From Vicinamibacterales bacterium (GTDB lineage Bacteria > Acidobacteriota > Vicinamibacteria > Vicinamibacterales > UBA8438), in assembly GCA_965215895.1 (NCBI GenBank), contig CBDCEY010000005.1:160792-224791 (forward strand): a stretch of DNA of 64,000 nucleotides, read 5' to 3'. The notes below the pieces were generated by a model, which had not been told where the DNA came from, did no database searches, and was given only the letters and a program-made list of their open reading frames with translations. A program made the translations under genes and the position numbers. Below, piece by piece: positions 29,916-37,565 of this stretch; the stretch's first letter is position 1; each line of letters starts with the position of its first letter.

Positions 29916-31806
29916 CCAGCGCACCGCCGGCAACGCCCCTCGGCGCCCGACCGGCGTCAGTCACCCACCGGTGTTCCGACGCTCGGTCGGCGACACGTCG
30001 AAACAGCCCTACTTCCACCTCTCGGCGTGCCGCCGGTCCTCCAGAGCCGGCATCCAGTCGGCGATCCAGGGCGAATGGGTGTTTACCAGGAGAATTGAGG
30101 ACTGCGCCAAGCCGCCAGCCCCAGGAGTTTCGCAAGCGGCTCGAGATTCACAAGTCTAAACTCCCGCCCCTCAACGTACGACTTTCCGTCAACATCGCTG
30201 CTCTCGTACGACGCCGGGCTCTCCGTGGCCAGCTTAAAAAAGCACGCAGCACTGCGTTGCATCAATAACCGGTTAATGTTTCGCTGCAAATCCCCGCTGA
30301 TTTTCGGCGTCGAGTAGTCGTCAAAGAAAAAGAATATCGGTCGCCCGGCGAGACACCGCAGCCCTCTTGATAACGTTGAACATACCGCCGGCAGGATACC
30401 CGGTCCAAAATAGCGTCCAAAACTCTGCTTTGGGTCCTCCACAAACCGCTGCTTCCTGGCGGCCCGTTCCCGCTCCCGATCCAACGCGCGCTGAATGACC
30501 GCAAACGTATCCGCGCTCGGCTGTTGCGGCTTCGCCAAGCCCAAAACCCTCCAGAGCTCCCGTGCGACCTTCGGCTCGTCGTTCCGCCGAGCCTCCGGGA
30601 AATGTCGCCCGGCCCACAGGTCCAAAGACTTCAACAATTCCCGAACCAACGTCGCGGTCACGAAGTGCAACGGCACGTCAATCGCCGCGCTGCGGGTCGG
30701 GCGCGTGTACCGCGGAAAGTTGTAATAGAGATCATCGCATCTATAGTAGATGCCGACGTACGCAACCGAATCCGGCGCATCATCTTCCGTATAAAACCGA
30801 TGCTCCAGGCTCAGGCTCCGGAATACAGTCGTCTTGCCGCAGCCTCTCGGCCCCGTCAGTACCAGGTTATTGGTGTCTTCAATAACCCGCAGACCGAGCA
30901 TCTTGTCCGAATACAGTTCCTTCAGGAGAGCGTGAGATTCTCCGATTTGTTCGCAACTTAGATAATCAAAGGGCGTTGTCAGTGTTCGCCGCGCCACGCC
31001 GGCGCTCTGGACCGCAAAGCTCTGTTCCGCCTTTCTCAATGACTCGAACAGCAAAGCCGGGTCCCGCGCTCGTTCGTCGTAGGCAGAATCCTGCTCAAAA
31101 AGCCCCTTCGCCAAGAAATCGTTATTGATAACGTCGTACATGTATCGATCTTCGGACCTACATGCCTGGTAGTCCACAGCTGCCAGTAAGTCGCGCAGCA
31201 TCACGCCAACCTGGTCGAAGTCGTCCACAAGCCCCGCGCTACTGGTTAACGGAGCCACACCAAAGTCGGTTATCCGAAATACATATGGAGACCCAGTCAA
31301 CGACATTGATCGATCTTCGACGAGCACGTTACCGGCGTGAAGGTCACCATGCTGGACGCCCATCTGCTGCAGCTCTCGCAGGAAGTCCAACATATCTCTG
31401 AAGAAATCCAATATAAAGAGGATGGTAACCGGCTCCTTCTTCTGGTACTCCCGCAAAGTCGAGCCTCGGACTAAGTCCGACAACAGGAACACACAGTCGC
31501 CCTCCTCGGTCGGCCAAGTGCCGGTGCTGTAGAACTTGACTACGCGGTTCGACGAAACCATGTTCGCCTTGAGGATCTCCTCCTTCCACGGTGGCGGACT
31601 ACGATCTGCACCTATAAGGTTGGAGACCGGAATTACCTTGCACGCAATCTCGCGCTGTAGCCCCTCGGACCTGGCAACGAATACGTGTCCGTTGCAGCCG
31701 GAAGCAACCCTGCGGACTACCGAGTATTCGATGTGGCCAGGTACTGGCCGGCCGATGAACTGCTCAACCGCGGGCAAGTGTCGTCTCATCGCGTTTCCCT
31801 TGCGCG

Positions 31807-33030
31807 TCAGATCGCCCGAGAGACCTCGGCGTTCCTTGCCCGCTTCGCCGGGCGGTGTCGAAACACGAGCACCGTTTCTCGTTTGGTGCCACGGAGGTCC
31901 CGGCGTGAGCGACGGATATCGGGGATGACGTCGCAGATAGTTCGCTCGAGTCGAAAGCCCGCGAGTTCCCTCGCCGTCGCGAATACGTTCGTGATGATGG
32001 AGGAACCGTCCAGGACGCGGCCGCCGCGGCTAGCTTCACCGACTACGAGGACGATGACACCGGAATCGGATACGTGCGGAGCAATGCGTACGAACGTACT
32101 ACTTAGCAGTTGGCGGAATCGCGCTTCTCGATTGCGCTTCGGAATGTCGCGCTGTGGAGGAAGCTGGCGCCCGAGGAACCAAAGGCGCAGGCGGTTATCT
32201 CGAACGTAGTCCAGTTCATTCATGTACGGCGGGCTAGTCACAACCGCGTGGACGGGAGCAGGCAGGCGCAATGCGCGGCTGTCTCCTTGGAGTATTTCGG
32301 AGGGCGCTTGGTGCAGTGCTGGGCGGCGATACGTGCGATGAATCTTAGCTTCCATCCGACTGAGCACGTCGCGCTCTTGATAGAGTTCAGGGAACTTCTC
32401 GCGATCAAAGAGCTTGTTTCTCAGATAGGGCACCAGATGACTACTAGGAAAGGACAGAAAGCCGGGTCGTTGGTGGTGCAGAATGCCGAGGAGGCAGGCG
32501 AGCAAAAGCCAATCTGCACGTGCAACTAGTTCATCCCGGAGGGCGAGGGCTCGGCGTAGGGTTTCGCGATGGAAAAAGTTGCGGACCCAATATGGTACTT
32601 TGCGCAGGTCTTGCATGGGGATTCGGCGTTGAGCGGCCTTCCAGGCCATGAGAAGGCGGTCGAGCGTCACTGCTTCGGATCTTGGTGCTCGCAGTTTTGC
32701 CCGGGTCAGCAACACCGCGTACGGGTTGATGTCGTTGGCGATTACTCTACGGCCCAAGAGTGAGGCCTCAAGTGGAATGACACCTGAGCCACAAAACGGA
32801 TCGAGCACTGTTTGGCCGGACTGGGTGAATTCACGGATGAGGTAGGCTGCGATGGTCGTTTTGATGCGCCCGATATAGGGAGCGATTTGGTGAAACGTAC
32901 AGTCGGTGGCCGTCGTGCAGGCTGGGGACCAAGGCAGGTGCTCACGCCGAGGCGGACGCACGGATTTGGCGTCCCCCGTGCGCTGCGCCGAATGCGCGGC
33001 TTCCGCGAGGCGGTCCACGTTACTAGCCAT
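31807..33030 (-). CDS. DNA methyltransferase (N6-adenine or N4-cytosine type)
   Basis: Motif I is VLDPFCGSGVIPLEA and motif IV is VVTSPPYMNELDY, about 190 aa downstream. I prefer the ATG at 33030 (MASNVDRL), which is preceded by GGGAGGA. The tracked ORF could extend to 33132. Confidence 0.85.
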   Translation of the reverse strand: MASNVDRLAEAAHSAQRTGDAKSVRPPRREHLPWSPACTTATDCTFHQIAPYIGRIKTTIAAYLIREFTQSGQTVLDPFCGSGVIPLEASLLGRRVIANDINPYAVLLTRAKLRAPRSEAVTLDRLLMAWKAAQRRIPMQDLRKVPYWVRNFFHRETLRRALALRDELVARADWLLLACLLGILHHQRPGFLSFPSSHLVPYLRNKLFDREKFPELYQERDVLSRMEAKIHRTYRRPALHQAPSEILQGDSRALRLPAPVHAVVTSPPYMNELDYVRDNRLRLWFLGRQLPPQRDIPKRNREARFRQLLSSTFVRIAPHVSDSGVIVLVVGEASRGGRVLDGSSIITNVFATARELAGFRLERTICDVIPDIRRSRRDLRGTKRETVLVFRHRPAKRARNAEVSRAI

Positions 33031-33135
33031 GGTCGCGCATTCCTCCCTCGCGTCCGACCGAGGTCTTCTGCAGAGTGCCGTGCGGTTCATGGTCGTCGCA
33101 GCTCGGAGTGAACCGGGAGGGGCGACCCTCACCAG

Positions 33136-34439
33136 TCACGGAGTCGCCCCCACGTCCGCGCGCCACGCGCCCAAAACCGCCACCAGGCGCTCGACCCGGC
33201 CCGGATAGGCCGCGGCCAGATCCTCCTGCTCCCCCAGGTCGTCGTCGAGGTTGAACAGCATCGGGGATCCCGGCGTCCCGTCGTGCCGGTCGATGACGAG
33301 CTTCCAGGGACCGTCGCGCACCGCCGCACCGTTCCAGAAGGTGCCGTCCGCCCCCCAGAAGAGCTGCCGCAGAGCCAGGGCCTCCTACCGGAGGAGGACC
33401 GGCGAGAGGTCGACCCCGTCGAGGGCCGAGACGAGCTGGTTCGACTCGGTGCCGGCGGGGATGCGGGCGGGCCAGACCGCGATGGACGGCAGGCGGTGAC
33501 CGCCCTCCCAGTCGGTCGCCTTGAGGCCGCGCAGCGGGCCGTTCGAGCCCCACTGGGCGGCGCCGTTGTCCGAGAAGAACCAGACCAGGGTCCGGTCGGC
33601 GATGCCGTGCGCCTCGAGCGCGTCGAGGACCTCGCCAACGCCCGCGTCCATCTCTCGCACCATGTCGCGATAGGCGCGCCGGCGGTCGGCGACCGACCCC
33701 CGCGGGTCGAACTCGCCGCCCACGGCCCGGTCGGCGGGGTCGTCAGGCCCCTGGAACGGATAGTGCGGGGCGTGGTGCGGCAGATAGAGGAAGAACGGCC
33801 GGTCGCGGTGCCGCTCGATGAAACGCAGCGCGTACTCGGTGACGAGGTGGGTGGCGTACCCCGCCTCGGTGCTCAGCTCGTCGTCGCGCCACCAGTCGGC
33901 GCGCCCCATCGTGTCGACGTGCGAGCGGTAGTCGATGTTGCCGCTGACGAAGCCGCGGAACTCGTCGAACCCGTGCCGCACCGGATTGAAACGGGCGCGG
34001 TAGCCGAGATGCCACTTGCCGAAGATGCCGGTGGCGTAGCCGCGCGCCCGCAGCGCCTCGGCCAGGGTCAGCTCTCCCGCCTCGATCCCGTCGTCGTGCG
34101 ACGAGCGGGCGGGATTGGCGAACAGCACCCCGGGAATGCCCGCCCGCTGCTGGTAGCGGCCGGTCATCAGGCCGGCCCGGGTCGGGCTGCAGACGTTGCC
34201 GCTCGAATGGAAGTCGAGGAACCGCATGCCGTCGCGGGCCATCCGGTCGAGCCGCGGCGTGTCGATCCACCCGTCGTAGGGGCCGATGTCGCCGTAGCCG
34301 AGGTCGTCGGCCATGATGACGACGATGTTGGGCGGCGCCCCGTCGCGGCCCCCGGTGCCTGGACCGCCGCCGGCGCCGGAGCCGCCGCAAACCCCGCGAG
34401 GCCGCCCAGTACCAGGAACCCGCACGTGCGCATGGTCAT
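33136..34439 (-). pseudogene. Arylsulfatase-family gene with a frameshift and an in-frame amber codon
   Basis: NIVVIMADDLGYGD and CSPTRAGLMTGR are sulfatase signatures. The signal peptide MTMRTCGFLVLGGLAGFAAAPAPAAVQAPG is in a different frame from the catalytic domain, and one extra G/C in the homopolymer near 34349-34353 would join them. A TAG at 33385-33387 is in frame with the conserved C-terminus (...VLLR*EALALRQLFWGADG...RDGPWKLVID). Confidence 0.75.
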
Positions 34440-34637
34440 CACAGCTCCCCCTCTGGTCTCGTCTCCGTGACGGCGTTCTCCGGCAACCGCGCCCCGGCGA
34501 GAATCCCAGGCATCCGGCATTGCCCTCGCAGCCATCGCAGGGCCGCGCCTGTCGTTTCAGACACATAGGCACCTGCACGGTCCACGACCGGGACATGGCA
34601 GGACGTCGGCCCCGAGCCCGCGGCATCGTGTCGGGCC

Positions 34638-36677
34638 TCACGGCAACCGGAACGCCACGAGCGACGGGACCGCGCCGCCCACCGTGACCGCGATGTACTG
34701 GCGCCCGTCGAGCATGTAGGTCATCGGCGTGCCGATGGCGCCGCCCGGCAGATCCACGGCTCCCCGCAGCTCGCCCGTCGCCTTGTCGTAGGCCACGAGC
34801 CGCGGGCCGTCGTCGGCGCCGCCGGCGGTGAGCGTGTAGATCAGCAGGGTCCGGGTCAGCAGCGGACCGTTCCGGCCGGCGTCGCCGCCCAGCGGGGGCA
34901 GATCGAGGTGGCGAAGCCGCGGGTGGTTGCGGAACCGGTCGCCGTTGCCGGTCGGCGTCATCCAGCGATGCTCGCCGGTGTGCATGTCGATGGCGGTCAT
35001 GCGCGAGTACGGCGGCTTCCACAGGGGCAGCCCGCCGGGCATCTGCGGGCGCCGCCGCAGGTTTCCCCCACCGAGGAACGCCGTGTTGCCCCGGCTGAGG
35101 AGATAGCGCAGGTTGGAGTCGTCGGCCGCCACGGGTTCCCGGAACCGCATGACCGAGTGCAGGTTGCGGGACGGCACGTAGAGCATGCCGGTCTCCGGGT
35201 CGACCCCTGCCCCGCCCCAGCTCGCACCGCCGCCGGCGCTGGGGCGGAAGACGGTGCCTCGCAGGGAGAGCGGCGTGTAGAGCGGCCCAAGGCGGAAACC
35301 CTCCACCGCCTCGATGGCCAACTCGCGGATCTCCGGGGTGAAGTCCACGAGGTCGTCGAGCGACGCCCCCTGATACTCGAAGGCGGCGGGCCGCGTGGGG
35401 AACGGCTGGGTCGGGGCCAGCAGCTCGCCCGCGAGGTCGGTGTCGGTGGCCACCGGCCGCTCCTCGATCGGCCATACCGGCTCGCCCGTCACCCGGTCGA
35501 AAACGTAGACGAAACCCTGCTTCGTGACCTGGGCGACGGCCTTCACGGGCCGCCCGTCGACCACGACGTCGATGAGGTTCGGGCCGGTGGGATTGTCGTA
35601 GTCCCAGACGCCGTGGTGCACCATCTGGAAGTGCCACACGCGCTGCCCGGTCTCGATGTCCACCGCCACCAGGCTCTCGGCGAACAGGTTGTCGCCCAGC
35701 CGCTGCCCGCCGTAGTAGTCGGACGTCGGCGTGCTCGTCGGCAGGTAGACGTAGCCCAGCTCGGGATCGGCGGCGATGTTGCCCCAGACGTTGGTGTTCC
35801 CCGAGTAGCGCCACGCCCCGTTCAGCCACGTGTCGGCCCCGTACGCGTCGGCGCTCTGGGGCACCATGTGGAAGTCCCAGCGGTGACGCCCGGTCTGCGC
35901 GTCATAGGCGCGCACGTAGCCCGGCGCGTTCTCCCTCCGGCTGAGATAGTCGTGGATCGAAGACCCCACGACGACCGTGTCGCCGACCACCAGGGGCGGA
36001 GACCGAGACGGCGGCGGCAGCCGGCTCGGATTCTCGCGCGCCCGCGGCAGCCCCGCTTCGAGGCTGACGCGGCCATTCTCGCCGAAGTCGGCGGCGGGCA
36101 GCCCCGTCGCCGCATCCACGGCCGTGAGCCACCCGTCGCCGGTGCCCCAGATGACGCGGGCCTGCCCGCCGGACTCCCAGTAGGCGACCCCGCGGTGGTT
36201 CCAGGGCGCGGGAAGGGGCGGGCTGCCCGCTTCGTACACGCGTGGGTTGTAGACCCACACCGTCTCCCCGGTGCGCGCGTCGATGGCCGCGGCCTGATAG
36301 ATCGGCGTGGCCAGATAGAGCCGGCCGCCGGCCATGACCGGGGTCGCCGACAGCCGCGCGATGCTCGGCCGGGTCACCCACCGGTCGGGATCGGCCGCCT
36401 CGAGCCGGTCGAACACCGTCCCCGCCGGCGCCAGCGCGACCCCCGACCCGTCCTCGACCGGCAGGTGCGCGTCGGCGCTGCCCCAGCGCCACGCCACCTC
36501 GAGGGTCTCGAAGTTGTCGGCGGTGATCTGGTCCAGCGGCGCGTACCGCGTGCCGTGGAGATCGCCGGCGTACGAGCGCCATTCCCAGTCGGCGCCCCCC
36601 GGCTGCGCCGCGGCCACGGCCGCGGACAGGCAGACGGACGCCACCAGCGCCCCGACGCGTTTCTCCATCGGCACCAA
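34638..36677 (-). CDS. PQQ-dependent dehydrogenase (quinoprotein beta-propeller), exported
   Basis: 679 aa. Signal peptide, then WRSYAGDLHGTRYAPLDQI ... repeated W-containing propeller motifs ... HHGVWDYD. Confidence 0.85.
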   Translation of the reverse strand: MVPMEKRVGALVASVCLSAAVAAAQPGGADWEWRSYAGDLHGTRYAPLDQITADNFETLEVAWRWGSADAHLPVEDGSGVALAPAGTVFDRLEAADPDRWVTRPSIARLSATPVMAGGRLYLATPIYQAAAIDARTGETVWVYNPRVYEAGSPPLPAPWNHRGVAYWESGGQARVIWGTGDGWLTAVDAATGLPAADFGENGRVSLEAGLPRARENPSRLPPPSRSPPLVVGDTVVVGSSIHDYLSRRENAPGYVRAYDAQTGRHRWDFHMVPQSADAYGADTWLNGAWRYSGNTNVWGNIAADPELGYVYLPTSTPTSDYYGGQRLGDNLFAESLVAVDIETGQRVWHFQMVHHGVWDYDNPTGPNLIDVVVDGRPVKAVAQVTKQGFVYVFDRVTGEPVWPIEERPVATDTDLAGELLAPTQPFPTRPAAFEYQGASLDDLVDFTPEIRELAIEAVEGFRLGPLYTPLSLRGTVFRPSAGGGASWGGAGVDPETGMLYVPSRNLHSVMRFREPVAADDSNLRYLLSRGNTAFLGGGNLRRRPQMPGGLPLWKPPYSRMTAIDMHTGEHRWMTPTGNGDRFRNHPRLRHLDLPPLGGDAGRNGPLLTRTLLIYTLTAGGADDGPRLVAYDKATGELRGAVDLPGGAIGTPMTYMLDGRQYIAVTVGGAVPSLVAFRLP

Positions 36678-36734
36678 GGCTCTCCCTCCGTTGGCCGCGC
36701 CCCGGCGCAGGCCGGCGCCGGGGCTCTCGCCGAA

Positions 36735-37565
36735 TCAGAACAACGACGTCGGGCGGCGCTTCCACTCCGGCATGATGCCTTCGAGCTTCGTGACGTGGGC
36801 ACCGGCCTGCGTCAGCAGGTGGTGCAGGTCGTTCCCGATGCTGATCAGGCTGAACCCCTGCTCGCGGAACTCGGCCACGCGGTCGGTGCCGAAGAGGAAC
36901 AGACCGAGAATCACGTTGTTGCGCCGGGCCGCCGCCTTCAGCGCGTCGGTGGCCTCCTTGAGCTCGGGCGAGGTGTACATGTCGGGGAACTGATACTTCT
37001 CGTAGAGTCCCATCGACATGCACAGGTCGTTCTGGCCCAGGAACAGGATGTCGACGCCGGGCACCGCCGCGATCTCGTCGATGTTCTTGATGCAGTCCGC
37101 GGTCTCGACCTGCAGGGCGCAGATGATGTTGTCGTTGGCGGGAACGGCGTAGCCGAGCAGCCCGGCCTTGTTCATGCTGCGCTGCGGGAAGTACACCGAG
37201 CGCGTCCCCACCGTCGGGTATCGCGTGCAGCTCACGGCCTGGCGGGCCTCGTCGGCATTGTTGATGTAGGGCACGAGGACGCCGTCGGAGCCCACGTCAA
37301 GCGCCTGTTGGATGCCCGCGCGGTCGCTGTAGCCGGTCACCCGCACCAGCGACTTCGCCCCGCCGCTGGCGACGCCCCCGATCATCGTGGACAGCGTCTC
37401 GTAGCCCATGGGGCCGTGCTGCGAGTCGATCAGCAGCCAGTCGTAGCCGCTGTGGGCCAGCTGCTCGACGGCGGTCACGCTGTGCGAATTGATGAACAGG
37501 CCCAGCTTCGGGGTGTTGTTCCGCAGTGCGGCCTTGAACTCTGCACCGGTCAAACTGTCGCTCAT
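36735..37565 (-). CDS. HpcH/HpaI-family aldolase
   Basis: 276 aa: GLFINSHSVTAVEQLAHSGYDWLLIDSQHGP ... VLVPYINNADEARQAV ... ALQVETADCIKNIDEIAAVPGVDILFLGQNDL. Confidence 0.85.
   Translation of the reverse strand: MSDSLTGAEFKAALRNNTPKLGLFINSHSVTAVEQLAHSGYDWLLIDSQHGPMGYETLSTMIGGVASGGAKSLVRVTGYSDRAGIQQALDVGSDGVLVPYINNADEARQAVSCTRYPTVGTRSVYFPQRSMNKAGLLGYAVPANDNIICALQVETADCIKNIDEIAAVPGVDILFLGQNDLCMSMGLYEKYQFPDMYTSPELKEATDALKAAARRNNVILGLFLFGTDRVAEFREQGFSLISIGNDLHHLLTQAGAHVTKLEGIMPEWKRRPTSLF

Larger units (their letters stand above)
28228..30142 (+). mobile_element. Insertion sequence (1915 bp) with DDE_Tnp_1-type transposase and a divergent small Cys-rich ORF
   Basis: Terminal inverted repeats are GAGCCTCTTGCGAAAAGCGTG (28228-) and GAGCCGCTTGCGAAACTCCTG (reverse complement of the end at 30142), matching at 17 of 21. 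The 4-bp target duplication GAGA occurs at 28224-28227 and 30143-30146. Confidence 0.8.
23025..31789 (-). pseudogene. Protein-kinase-like / P-loop NTPase fusion gene, split into five pieces by four IS insertions
   Basis: The coding pieces are 31789-30147, 28227-28117, 26621-26372, 25023-24531 and 23035-23025. They sum to 2508 nt, which is 835 codons plus a stop. All four junctions read in frame: LVNL|GIDF, VSTL|EALVG, AIGGEA|GNF, GLGGL|AGE*. Motifs: IACK51, HGDLHAGN147-154, DFG175-177, Walker A GPRGCGKT313-320, Walker B FFFFDD486-491. Confidence 0.85.

Noticed and set aside
28266-29960. Inner inverted repeat pair initially taken as the boundaries of the 1.9-kb IS, and GAGTTT as a possible target duplication
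   Set aside because: Those boundaries give no target duplication and leave the host gene out of frame. The outer repeats (28228/30142) with GAGA give a perfect in-frame repair (LVNL|GIDF).
33385-33387. In-frame TAG in the sulfatase as programmed read-through or pyrrolysine
   Set aside because: I see no Pyl machinery or context. A second lesion (the frameshift) in the same gene makes a simple nonsense mutation or sequencing error more likely.
33385-35829. 814-aa ORF suggesting a very large sulfatase with a ~450-aa N-terminal extension
   Set aside because: The extension is an Arg/Gly/Pro-rich frame antisense or alternative to the PQQ dehydrogenase gene. Real sulfatase similarity starts at PPNIVVIMADD.
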